From NCBI GenBank assembly GCA_038212275.1, contig JBBQUR010000001.1:224001-288000 (forward strand): 64,000 nt of DNA. Direction: 5' to 3'. Positions 1 through 9,162 of this stretch are shown here, one piece after another. A program made the position numbers and the translations under genes. The stretch's first letter is position 1, and each line of letters starts with the position of its first letter. The stretch is from Planctomycetota bacterium (GTDB lineage: Bacteria > Planctomycetota > B15-G4). The notes under the pieces were generated by a model that searched no databases, was not told the DNA's origin, and was given only the letters and a program-made list of their open reading frames with translations.

Positions 1-2
1 AG

Positions 3-365
3 CTTGCGGGCTTCGGCACGGTGATCAACCTGCGGCCCAACAGCGAAATGACCATGCCCGAAGACCTGATCGTGCGCGCCAGCGGCCTCAACTACGTGAG
101 CATCCCGATCAGTCCGGCCACGATGGGGCAGGCGGAAATCAATCGCTTCCTCGACGAGGTGCGCGGCGCGGAGTCGCGCAAGGAGAAGATCTTCGTGCAC
201 TGCAGTTCCGGCAATCGATCCGCCGCGATGTGGGCCATCTACGAGATCACCGACCTGCAGGTGCCGGCCGAGGAGGCTGTCAGGCGGGCGCGTCAGGCCG
301 GGCTCACGAGTCCAGAACTGATCGGCTTCATCGGGCAGCATGCGCGCAACATCGGCGTGTACTGA
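3..365 (+). CDS. DUF442/BLH-type protein-tyrosine-phosphatase-like (sulfur transferase-like) protein, 5'-truncated by the window edge
   Basis: Frame is open from base 3; VINLRP..E motif and CX5R loop HCSSGNRS. Confidence 0.8.
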   Translation, partial: LAGFGTVINLRPNSEMTMPEDLIVRASGLNYVSIPISPATMGQAEINRFLDEVRGAESRKEKIFVHCSSGNRSAAMWAIYEITDLQVPAEEAVRRARQAGLTSPELIGFIGQHARNIGVY

Positions 366-443
366 GCGGCGCACGGACGGCGCCTTGCTGTGCCGCCGAG
401 GCACCGTGCTTCGCCGCCGACGAGAGGCTCCGACAGGTCACCA

Positions 444-1106
444 ATGACCTCGCACCGGGTTCGAGAGCTGTCGCTGCAGTCGCCCGCAGGCGCCTTGCGT
501 GCGCTGCACGACTCTCCGAGCGTGGAGTGGTCCGGGAGCGGACCGCGTACGGCGCTGGTCTGCCACCCGCACCCGCTGTACGGCGGAACCATGGACAACA
601 AGGTGGTCCACAGCGTCGCCAGGGAGCTGCGCGAGCACGGCGTGCATGTGCTGCGCTTCAACTTCCGCGGTGCGGGCGGCAGCGAAGGCCTGCATGACCA
701 GGGACGCGGCGAGGTGGACGATGCCCGCGCCGCCCTCGACGTGGCCGCCGGCCTCGCGGGCGATGCGCGCGTCGCGCCCGGCAGCGTGCTGGTGGCGGGC
801 TTTTCCTTCGGTTCCTACGTCGGATTGACCGCGGCGCTGAACGACCCGCGTGTCGGGGAGCTGCTCGCCATCGCGCCGCCGGTGAACCACTACGACTTTT
901 CGGAGATCGCGGCCCGGGCGCGGCGGCTCACGGTGGTCTACTCGGACGCCGACGAACTCGTTCCCGCGCCGCAGGTCGAGGCCTTCCTCGCCACCTGCGC
1001 GCACCCGCCGCGCGTCGTTCGCGTGCAAGGCAGCGGCCACCTTTTCCACGGGCACCTCGGCGACATCCGCCGGGCGGTCGCTGCGCTGCTCGAGAGCCTG
1101 GACTGA
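444..1106 (+). CDS. Alpha/beta-fold hydrolase
   Basis: CHPHPLYGGTMDNKVV, RFNFRGAGGSEG, nucleophile elbow GFSFG, DELVP and GHLFHG. Confidence 0.9.
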   Translation: MTSHRVRELSLQSPAGALRALHDSPSVEWSGSGPRTALVCHPHPLYGGTMDNKVVHSVARELREHGVHVLRFNFRGAGGSEGLHDQGRGEVDDARAALDVAAGLAGDARVAPGSVLVAGFSFGSYVGLTAALNDPRVGELLAIAPPVNHYDFSEIAARARRLTVVYSDADELVPAPQVEAFLATCAHPPRVVRVQGSGHLFHGHLGDIRRAVAALLESLD

Positions 1107-1195
1107 GTCCGGACTGAGCCCGGCGCCAGGAGACGGCGGAATCCCCGGCACAACGGAGCGCGGAACTCGGCGTGTCGGGCTGCTAGACTCCGGCC

Positions 1196-1714
1196 ATGCT
1201 TTTTGACCGCTGGCGTGCACAAAGGGCCATTGCGACCCGCTCCGCTCCCTCCGTCGTGAACGAACCGGCCGCGCCGGAGTTGTTCGAGGCGGTGGAGTCG
1301 ATGAAGGTCGCGGTGAGCTGCCTCGACTCCCTGGGCGACCCGAACTGGCACTACCGCTGGGAGGGGGACGTGCAACTCGTGGGGCTCGACGCCACGACGC
1401 GCTCCGTGACGGACGTGCGCCAGCGCCTGCTCAGGCTGGTCCACGAATGCGACCTGCGTCACATGCCGCGCGGACGCCGGCGCGTGCTGGCCGTCGTGCG
1501 CTGCGAGCCGCACGAGGACGAGGACCTCGCCGGCTGGGCTCTGCGCCTTGACCACGACGAAGGCGAGGTCGGCGCGTCCGACTGGCGCGCCGCGCGGCGC
1601 CGCATCGCCGTGCTGGCGATCGACGGCAGCGGCGCACACCTCCTCACCGGCGGCGACCGTCCCATCCGGGAGGCCGTGGCGACGTGGGCCGCCACGCGCG
1701 TCCGCACCGGCTGA
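1196..1714 (+). CDS. Hypothetical protein, first gene of the decahaem cluster
   Basis: 172-aa ORF with host-like codon usage; stop lies 2 nt before the next GTG. Confidence 0.6.
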   Translation: MLFDRWRAQRAIATRSAPSVVNEPAAPELFEAVESMKVAVSCLDSLGDPNWHYRWEGDVQLVGLDATTRSVTDVRQRLLRLVHECDLRHMPRGRRRVLAVVRCEPHEDEDLAGWALRLDHDEGEVGASDWRAARRRIAVLAIDGSGAHLLTGGDRPIREAVATWAATRVRTG

Positions 1715-1716
1715 CG

Positions 1717-2766
1717 GTGTCCCGCGCGCGCGGCAGCGACGACCCCGCGCTCGACCTGTCCGACCTGCGCCACGTGCGCGCCCTGTTCTTCGACCTGCTC
1801 GGACGCAGTCCCGACTCCGACGAGCTGGAGCTGGCGCACGAAGCGAGCGCCGACTCGCTGCTGCGCCATCTCTGTGGCCTGCGCGAGTTCTGGGAACACT
1901 GGTACGAGGACGAGCTCTACTACTTCCTGCTCATCGACAACGCGCGGCCGGCGCAGGACAGCGGCGAGGACAGCCTTCCCGCGCGGCTGCAGCGCGGCGA
2001 GCTGGGCGCTCTGGCCGCCGTGCAGAACATCGTGTCGAGTTCCGCCTTTCATCGCGCCAACCCGGGCAACGACACCTTCGTCAGCGTCGTGCTCGAGCAG
2101 CTCCTCGGCATCAACGTGCAGCAGGACACCGCGTTGCTGCAGGCCGGCAAGAAGATGTACGACGGCCAGCCGTCGGCGCTCTTCGGGGAGCGCGGCGCGA
2201 GCCAGGCGGATGTCGTCGCGATCGCGTGTCGGCAGCCCGGTTTCGCGAAGCTCTTCACCGAGAGGCAGTATCGCAGGCTCGTCGGTGTCGAACCGGAGCG
2301 GCGCGCCAGCGAGGCCTGGGTCGCGGCACTGGCCGCGCAACCGACGGGCTTTCCGGAGCTGGTGCGCAGCTGGCTGTCGTCGCCCGCCTACGCGCACCGG
2401 CTGGAAACGCTGCGCGCGAAGTCCGATCTGCAATTCATCCGCGGCCTCTACGTGGACCTGCGCGGGACGCCGCCGGCACCGGCGGAGCTGCAGCGACTGC
2501 GCGGCGCGCTCTCGGTGCTTGCCGACACGGCCCCGCTGCGCTCGGTCATCGCACGCACGTTGCTCGACGGGGCCGACCTCGACCTGCCGAAGCGCGGCGA
2601 GGTGGATCCGGACGAGTTCGTGACGGCCAGCTTCCGCCGCTTCCTCGGCCGGAGACCGTCGCCGGAGGAGCTGCAGGACTTCGTGACCGTCTATGCGCAG
2701 GAAAGTTGTCTGCCTTCCACGCTCATCGCGGCCATCGTCACGCACCCGGAATACCAGTACTATTGA
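1717..2766 (+). CDS. Helical-repeat protein, DUF1553/DUF1800/DUF4214-like partner of a DUF1501-type protein
   Basis: Repeated motif RALFFDLLGRSPDSDE / FIRGLYVDLRGTPPAPAE / FVTASFRRFLGRRPSPEE; C-terminal HPEYQYY; start codon uncertain. Confidence 0.65.
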   Translation: MSRARGSDDPALDLSDLRHVRALFFDLLGRSPDSDELELAHEASADSLLRHLCGLREFWEHWYEDELYYFLLIDNARPAQDSGEDSLPARLQRGELGALAAVQNIVSSSAFHRANPGNDTFVSVVLEQLLGINVQQDTALLQAGKKMYDGQPSALFGERGASQADVVAIACRQPGFAKLFTERQYRRLVGVEPERRASEAWVAALAAQPTGFPELVRSWLSSPAYAHRLETLRAKSDLQFIRGLYVDLRGTPPAPAELQRLRGALSVLADTAPLRSVIARTLLDGADLDLPKRGEVDPDEFVTASFRRFLGRRPSPEELQDFVTVYAQESCLPSTLIAAIVTHPEYQYY

Positions 2767-2863
2767 GGTGCGCACGCAGCCTGCCCGACGCGAGCGCGCC
2801 CTGCGCGGCGGCTCGGCCGGACGGCAGCAGCGCTGCGCCGTCGTCGCCGACAAGGAGATCGTG

Positions 2864-4114
2864 ATGAGCACTTCACGCAACGACAGCCGCGGCAGGATCC
2901 TGCCTGGCCTGGCACCGTCGACCGGCCCGCGGGCGGGCGGGTTGAGCCGGCGCGACGTGCTGAGGAGCGGGGTGATCCTCGCGGCCCTCGCCTCGCTGTC
3001 GGGCCGCGCGCGCGCCGAGTTGCTGGCGACGCTGCTGCCGTCACCCGCGCCGGGCTTCCTTGCGGGGGCGCCACGGACCCGGCGCGTGGTGCTCGTGGTG
3101 TTCGGCGGCGGCGTGCGCAGCCGCGAGACGCTGCTGTCCGACAACACGCCCAATCTGCGGCGCATCGCCGAGCAGGGCGTGACGTATCCGCTCACGCGCG
3201 TCGAGAACAACGGTCACTACGCGGCCGCACTCTCCATTTTCACCGGCGCCACCGAGAACTTCGGCATCCGCGAGAACGACCGCTCGCCGCACCCGACGCT
3301 TTTCGAGTATCTGCGCAAGGGGGGCGGGCTCTCGGCCGCGGACGTGTGGCTGTCCACCTCCGGAAGCGAGCAGGAGACCAACTATTCCTACGGCACCGAC
3401 CCGCGCTACGGCGCGGCGTACGGAGCCAACCTCATCGGCGGCGAAGGCATTTTCAATGCGGAGTTCCGCGAGCTGCTCGGCGCCTCGCGCGCACCGCCCG
3501 ACGCCGAGCGCGAGAGTCAGTTGCGCCGGCTGCGCGCGGCCGTGCGGACGCCCTTTCCGACGGAGGGCAAGGGCGGCGTCGGCAACGATCCGGAAGCCGC
3601 GGCCCGCATCGAGGCCTACATCCTCGAGGAGCTGCGCGGCGGCACTGCCGCCATCACCGGGCTGGGCAGCAACGATGCCAAGGCGCTCCGCGTCGCGCGC
3701 AATCTGCTCTCCATCTTCAAGCCACGGCTGCTCGCGGTCACGCTGCGCAACGCGGATGTCGCGCACGGTTCCTTCAACGACTACGTGAACGTCATCAAGC
3801 GCAACGACACGGAACTCGGCGCGCTCTACGACGCGATCCGTGCCGACCCGGAGCTTGCGTCGAGCACCGCGCTATTCGTGCTGCCCGAGTTCGGCCGCGA
3901 CCGCGACCTGAATGCGCGCCGGGGGCTCGACCACGGTGACGACAGCTCGGAGCTGCACCAGGTCTCGCTCGTGGCCTGGGGCCCGGACTTCCGCCAGGGC
4001 AAGGTGGTGAATCAGGAAACCCGCTCGCTGGACGTGTGCCCGACCATCGCCTCGCTCTTCGGGGTCCAGGCGAGCGGCGCGCGCGGAAGCCTGCTGCCCG
4101 GGCTCATGGCCTGA
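2864..4114 (+). CDS. Tat-exported DUF1501-like / alkaline-phosphatase-superfamily protein
   Basis: RBS AAGGAG at 2852; twin-arginine SRRDVLR plus hydrophobic stretch; VVLVVFGGG, DVAH, LPEFGRD, DHGD motifs. Confidence 0.75.
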   Translation: MSTSRNDSRGRILPGLAPSTGPRAGGLSRRDVLRSGVILAALASLSGRARAELLATLLPSPAPGFLAGAPRTRRVVLVVFGGGVRSRETLLSDNTPNLRRIAEQGVTYPLTRVENNGHYAAALSIFTGATENFGIRENDRSPHPTLFEYLRKGGGLSAADVWLSTSGSEQETNYSYGTDPRYGAAYGANLIGGEGIFNAEFRELLGASRAPPDAERESQLRRLRAAVRTPFPTEGKGGVGNDPEAAARIEAYILEELRGGTAAITGLGSNDAKALRVARNLLSIFKPRLLAVTLRNADVAHGSFNDYVNVIKRNDTELGALYDAIRADPELASSTALFVLPEFGRDRDLNARRGLDHGDDSSELHQVSLVAWGPDFRQGKVVNQETRSLDVCPTIASLFGVQASGARGSLLPGLMA

Positions 4115-4115
4115 C

Positions 4116-7100
4116 GTGCGGGCGGCGGCCCTGTGCAGCGCGATCTGCAGGCGAAGCCCGTCTGCGCCGCGCTTGCTTGCGATTCTCGCCATCGCGCTGA
4201 TCGGTCTGGCGAGCGCCGCTCCGGCACCTGGCCCGAGGGCCGTCCGTGCGCTGCCGGCGGCCGCCCAGGTCGCGCCAGCTGGTGCTCAGCTCGTGCCAGC
4301 TGGTGCTCAGGTCGCGCAAGCTGGAGCTCAGCTCGTGCAGGCCGGTGCGCCGGTTGCGTCGGCGCCGAATCGCGCGGGAGGTGTCGGTGCGCCGGATGCC
4401 GGCTGCCGCGATTGCCACGCGGGCATCGAGGAGATGCACCCGTGGAAGGCGTTGAGCTGCGTGGATTGCCACGGCGGTGACGGCGCGGCCGTGGATGCGG
4501 CGCGCGCGCACGTCGCGCCGCGAGCCGGCTGGCCCATCGATGAGCGCGTCCTGCCGCTGGGCTTCGATCCCGCGGCACTGCGCTTCCGCAATCCGGCCGA
4601 CCTGCGGATCGTGAAGGACACCTGCGGCCAGTGCCATGCCCGCGAAGTGGATCGCGTGAGCACGAGCCTGCACGCCACGACCGCAGGCCATCTCAACGAC
4701 GGCCTCTACGAGAACGGGTTGCTGTCGAAGAAGCAGAGCAAGTACGGCGTGTTCGACAGCAACCGCGCCGGAGACGACGCGGGGCCGCACAGCCTGCAGC
4801 ATCTCGACGCGATCGAACGCCTTCGCGTCCCGTTGACGCCGGTGACGCTGGCGGATCATTTCGCGGACCTGCCGCGCAAGGCGTGCATGCAGTGCCACCT
4901 GTGGTCGTCCGGTCTGGCGGTCGAGGGGCGGCTCGGGCAGGACGGTCTTTATCGCGGGGCCGGCTGCGCCGCCTGTCACGTCGTGTACGCAGAGGACGGT
5001 CGCAGTCAGAGCGCTGACGCGCGCGCCGAGCACGCCAGCCCCGGACACCCGCTGCGGCACCAGATGACGGCTGCCCCGCCGACCTCCACCTGCACGAGCT
5101 GCCACGTCGGCGACGCGGCCATCGGCAACGGCTTCCGCGGCATGGCGCAGCTCTACCCGCAGCAGCCCGCCGGCCCGGACATCCCCGACACGACCGACCA
5201 CCTCATCGCGGGGCAGTTCTTCATCAAGGATCCCGTGCTCACGCCGCCCGACCTGCACGCCGCGGCCGGCATGGATTGCGTGGACTGCCACACGGCGCGC
5301 GATGCCATGGGCGACGGCAGCATGCCGGGCGCGATGGAGCACGCCGTCGAGATCGAGTGCAGCGATTGTCACGGCACGTTCACGTCCTACGCGACCGGCA
5401 CGACCTCGCACGGGCACAAGCTCACCAACCTGGAGCAGCGCGGCGATCTCTTCGTGCTGATGGACAAGGCCGACGGCCACACCCGCCGCGTGAAGCAGGT
5501 GAAGGACGTGCTCGATCCCGACCACCCCGACTGGAACCCGCGCGCCGCCGCCGCGATGACCTCGGAGCACGGCGGGCTCGAGTGCTACGCCTGCCACGCC
5601 GGCTGGAACACGAACTTCTTCGGCTTCCACTTCGACCGCAATCTTGGCTTCACGCAGCTGGATGCGATCACCGGGGTGCGCACGCCCGGGCGTGTCACGA
5701 CGCAGGAGCGTGTCTTCGCCTCGTTGCGGCAATTCTCGCTGGGCGTCAATCCCGAGGGCGACGTCGCACCATACGTCGTGGGCTTCTCGAGCATGGGCAC
5801 GGTGCACGGCAAGAACGGCGAACTGCTGCTCGACCAGGCGCTGCCGGCCACCGCCGCCGGTCTGTCGGGCATGACGATGGTTCACCACCAGCTGCACACC
5901 ACGCAGCCGGTGGCGCGCAGCTGCGTGGAGTGCCACCGCAGCCCGGCGACGTGGGGACTCGGGAGCGGTGACCAGTCGACGTCGTCCTTCGCGCTGTCGC
6001 GCGGACTGCTCGTCGTGGCGGGCGAGCGCGGCCTCGACACGCTGCTGCTGGACCGCGAGAACGCGCAGAACACGCTGTATCTCGCGCGCCTGCCGCTCGG
6101 AGGAGCCAGGAAGGTGGTGCTCGACAGCGACCCGATCACGGGGCGCGCGAGCACGGCCTTCGTCGTGATCGAGCACGCGGGCGTCTGCATCGTGGACCTC
6201 CGCAACCCGGCGCTGCCGGAGGTCATCGGCTTCGCGGCGGCGGGCGACGCGCGCGACTGCGCCCTGGCGGGCGACCTGCTCGTCATCGCGAACGGAAGCG
6301 GCGGACTGCGCCTCGTGGACATCTCCAACCGGCGCCTGCCGGTGCTGGTCTCGGATCTCGTGACCATGGAAGCGCGCGGGCTGGCCGTGCAGTGGCCGCG
6401 CGTGCTCGTGGCCGACGGTGCCGGCGGCCTGCTCATCGCGGACATCTCGAATCCGCGCCAGCCGACGGTGGCGGGCCAGGTGCGCCTCGCGCCGCCGGAT
6501 GCGCAGGACGACGGCGACGCGCGCGCCGTCGCGGCCAGCTTCCAGTACGGCAGGCCGCGCGGCCAGGCGCGGCGCACGCTGGCGCGCATGATCGCGGTGG
6601 TCGCGAACGGGCGCTACGGCTACTCGGTGGTGGACGTCACGGAACCCGCAGCCGCACGCTCGCTGACGGGCATCTCGACGGGCTACGCCAACGAGCTGCT
6701 GCCGGTGGACGTGACGCTCGGCATGCGCATCGACCTCGGAGACAGCAGCGGCCAGCGCCCGACGGTGGAGCGCGACGTCGCGACGCTGCTGCTCGTGGCG
6801 GCCGACGGCGAGCGCGCCGTCACGGCGCTGCTGGACGTGACCGATCCGGGGAAGCCCGTGTTTCTTTCGCGCGTGAACATCGGCAGGAACACGGGGCTGC
6901 CGCCGGCGAGTGGGCTCGCGCTGCTGCGCAGCTTCAATCCGCCCGTGCTGGTGACGCAGGTGCTCGTCGCCGGCGAGGGCGGCCTGCAATTCCAGGACGT
7001 GACGCGTCTCGACGAGGGCAGGAACGGCCCGCTGCTCCCGGGCGTGGAGGGCGCGCGCGACGTCGCGGTGGAGGCCTTCGCCTTCGACCGCATGCTGGAC

Positions 7101-8018
7101 GAAACCGGCCGGCAGCTGAAGGACATCAGTCACGACGGTGCGCGCTTCCTCACCACGGCCGAGATCCACCGCATGCTCACCGTGCCCGGCGAGCGGCTCG
7201 GCACCATCCTCGACGGTGGCAAGGTGCGCGCGGGCCTCGCCGAGGAATATGCGGACCGCGCACTGGCGGGTGGGGATGCCGCCGCGAGTCTCAACGTGCG
7301 GCGCCGCGATCGCGAGCAGGACGAGGCGATGGCGCTGCGGCTCGCCGGAGGCTTTCGCATCGCGCCCGAGGAGGACCTCGCGCGCCTCGTGCGGCACATG
7401 TCGGCACAGGACTTCGATGACAACCGGGACGGCTCCCTGTCGCGCGGCGAACTCGAGCGCCTCGTCTTCGCCGCGCTCGACGCCAACGGCAGCGGGACGC
7501 TCGATCCGCTGGAGTGGCCCCGGCATCCGGGCACCGACCCCGGGCACCTCGACAAGAACCACGATGGCGTGCTCTCGCGCTCCGAAATGGACCTCGGTCG
7601 TGACGTGACGCAGTACTTCGATCTCGATCGCGACGGCCGCGTCCAGTTTGCCGAGTGGCCCTGGGCGGTGAACGCCCGGCCGCTGCCCACGCTCTTCGCG
7701 GCCTCGGTCGCCAGCCTGCGCAAGGTGCTGGCGCGGCCCGGCTTCGACCAGCGCCGTCCGGAGCTCAACACGGTGTTCTACGGCGAACGCAGCACGCGCG
7801 AGCTGAAAGACGCGGAGCTGCAGCAGGCCATCGACCGCGCACGCGGCAATCCGCTCATCGACATCCGCGGCGACGGGGCGCCACCCGGTTTCATCGAGCG
7901 CTACGACCTGGACGGCGATGGGGCCGTGGACCTCGTCGAGTTTCCGGAGCTGCCGCGCATCGCGGACCGCTGCGACAGGAACGGCGACGGGCGCATCGAT
8001 CGGCGCGACCGGCCCTGA
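4116..8018 (+). CDS. Secreted decahaem cytochrome c fused to LVIVD-type beta-propeller repeats and EF-hands
   Basis: Signal peptide; 10 CxxCH (CRDCH, CVDCH, CGQCH, CMQCH, CAACH, CTSCH, CVDCH, CSDCH, CYACH, CVECH); GLRLVDISN, GLLIADISNP, YSVVDVTEP, LLDVTDP repeats; six DxD/NxDG loops. Confidence 0.9.
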   Translation: MRAAALCSAICRRSPSAPRLLAILAIALIGLASAAPAPGPRAVRALPAAAQVAPAGAQLVPAGAQVAQAGAQLVQAGAPVASAPNRAGGVGAPDAGCRDCHAGIEEMHPWKALSCVDCHGGDGAAVDAARAHVAPRAGWPIDERVLPLGFDPAALRFRNPADLRIVKDTCGQCHAREVDRVSTSLHATTAGHLNDGLYENGLLSKKQSKYGVFDSNRAGDDAGPHSLQHLDAIERLRVPLTPVTLADHFADLPRKACMQCHLWSSGLAVEGRLGQDGLYRGAGCAACHVVYAEDGRSQSADARAEHASPGHPLRHQMTAAPPTSTCTSCHVGDAAIGNGFRGMAQLYPQQPAGPDIPDTTDHLIAGQFFIKDPVLTPPDLHAAAGMDCVDCHTARDAMGDGSMPGAMEHAVEIECSDCHGTFTSYATGTTSHGHKLTNLEQRGDLFVLMDKADGHTRRVKQVKDVLDPDHPDWNPRAAAAMTSEHGGLECYACHAGWNTNFFGFHFDRNLGFTQLDAITGVRTPGRVTTQERVFASLRQFSLGVNPEGDVAPYVVGFSSMGTVHGKNGELLLDQALPATAAGLSGMTMVHHQLHTTQPVARSCVECHRSPATWGLGSGDQSTSSFALSRGLLVVAGERGLDTLLLDRENAQNTLYLARLPLGGARKVVLDSDPITGRASTAFVVIEHAGVCIVDLRNPALPEVIGFAAAGDARDCALAGDLLVIANGSGGLRLVDISNRRLPVLVSDLVTMEARGLAVQWPRVLVADGAGGLLIADISNPRQPTVAGQVRLAPPDAQDDGDARAVAASFQYGRPRGQARRTLARMIAVVANGRYGYSVVDVTEPAAARSLTGISTGYANELLPVDVTLGMRIDLGDSSGQRPTVERDVATLLLVAADGERAVTALLDVTDPGKPVFLSRVNIGRNTGLPPASGLALLRSFNPPVLVTQVLVAGEGGLQFQDVTRLDEGRNGPLLPGVEGARDVAVEAFAFDRMLDETGRQLKDISHDGARFLTTAEIHRMLTVPGERLGTILDGGKVRAGLAEEYADRALAGGDAAASLNVRRRDREQDEAMALRLAGGFRIAPEEDLARLVRHMSAQDFDDNRDGSLSRGELERLVFAALDANGSGTLDPLEWPRHPGTDPGHLDKNHDGVLSRSEMDLGRDVTQYFDLDRDGRVQFAEWPWAVNARPLPTLFAASVASLRKVLARPGFDQRRPELNTVFYGERSTRELKDAELQQAIDRARGNPLIDIRGDGAPPGFIERYDLDGDGAVDLVEFPELPRIADRCDRNGDGRIDRRDRP
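4263..4346 (+). repeat. 4 x 21-nt imperfect tandem repeat encoding AQ(V/L)(A/V)(P/Q)AG after the signal peptide
   Basis: gcccaggtcgcgccagctggt / gctcagctcgtgccagctggt / gctcaggtcgcgcaagctgga / gctcagctcgtgcaggccggt. Confidence 0.85.
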
Positions 8019-8267
8019 ACTCCGGGCATTGACCGCACGTGCCGGCGGCCGAGGTCCGCCTGCACGTCAGCTGCGATCCACCTGCAGCACGTGACCCCGG
8101 TCGCCGGCTCGGCGGACGCGCTGCGTGCTGCCATGTGGTTGCACGACCGTCGCGACCGTGGCGGCAGCGCGCAAGGGCTGCGTGCTGCACACTCTGGGAA
8201 GGGCGGATGGACGGGGTGGTTCGTGCGGCTCCGAAGCGGCCCGTCGGTACCGGGAAGGGTGAAGACT

Positions 8268-8813
8268 GTGATTCAACGCACGCTCGATCGCGCGCCGAGG
8301 CACCGGACGTGGGGCACGGCGCTGCTGCTGCTCCAGGTGGCGCTGTTCGCACTGACCGGTTGCGACGAACACGCACCCGACCTGATCGCCACCTTGAAGG
8401 GGCGCTGCGAAGGGCGCTGGGTCGTGGTGGACGCCGATCGCGCGCGCCTCCCGCTCTGCGATGTGCCGCGAGACCGGTTGGCCATCGAGCTCGCGTCGCG
8501 CGCGCCGCTGGGCGACACGCTCGTGCCCGGCGAGACCTATGCGATCGGCACGCTCGCCTGGGGTGATCGCGCGAGCGCCTTCGCGCTGGACTACCCGCTG
8601 GGCTCGCGAGACCTGTGCTGCGCCTATGCCCGCTACGTGAGCCGCGAGGTGGCTCCGTTCGGTCGTCTCGACGGCGCCGGCTTCAACCTGCTGCTGCTCA
8701 CCGCCGGAGGCCGCGACGACGACCTGCTGTGCGTGGACTTCCAGCGCACGGCTCCCGTCTCCGGCGGCTTGGAGCACATGCTGCGCTTCGAGCGCGATCC
8801 GGCCGGCGACTGA
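8268..8813 (+). CDS. Hypothetical lipoprotein; frame stays open past the TGA to 9140
   Basis: Hydrophobic stretch with lipobox ALTG-C; start uncertain (GTG 8259 or 8268). Confidence 0.55.
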   Translation: MIQRTLDRAPRHRTWGTALLLLQVALFALTGCDEHAPDLIATLKGRCEGRWVVVDADRARLPLCDVPRDRLAIELASRAPLGDTLVPGETYAIGTLAWGDRASAFALDYPLGSRDLCCAYARYVSREVAPFGRLDGAGFNLLLLTAGGRDDDLLCVDFQRTAPVSGGLEHMLRFERDPAGD

Positions 8814-8891
8814 ACGCCGGCGCTTGGCGATGCCATCACGGTCCTGCATCGTGTCGCGGCTGAGGCAGGCGGCGGAGTTTCGGAGGACATC

Positions 8892-9140
8892 GTGAGCCCC
8901 GAGGCTGTTGGCGCCGTGGAGTCCGCGCTCGGCCCGGATGGCCGCAAGTCGTTCCCCGAGTTCTTCGGCTGCTCGCCGCGCGAGGTCTCTCGGAAGCCGG
9001 GACGGCCCTCATGGGTCCGTCCCTCCGAGGCCAGGACACGCTGGACATCTCGTCGCGAGTTGCCGAGCAGGGATCGCACTCTGATCGTCGACGTCATGGA
9101 TGGCGGCGTGATCGCCTGCTACCCGAACTTCCATTGCTGA
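8892..9140 (+). CDS. Small hypothetical ORF, or detached C-terminus of the upstream lipoprotein (same frame)
   Basis: GGAGGA 4 nt before the GTG; in frame with 8268-8813. Confidence 0.35.
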   Translation: MSPEAVGAVESALGPDGRKSFPEFFGCSPREVSRKPGRPSWVRPSEARTRWTSRRELPSRDRTLIVDVMDGGVIACYPNFHC

Positions 9141-9162
9141 AGCTCACCTGCTGAAGCTCACC
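9135..9162. repeat. Perfect 14-bp tandem duplication upstream of lipA
   Basis: tgctgaagctcacc x2. Confidence 0.85.

Noticed and set aside
4104..7562. 1152-aa minus-strand ORF, and many other long antisense or alternate-frame ORFs
   Set aside because: Shadows of real high-GC genes; Arg/Ala/Gly-rich with no motifs, while the opposite frame has clear family signatures
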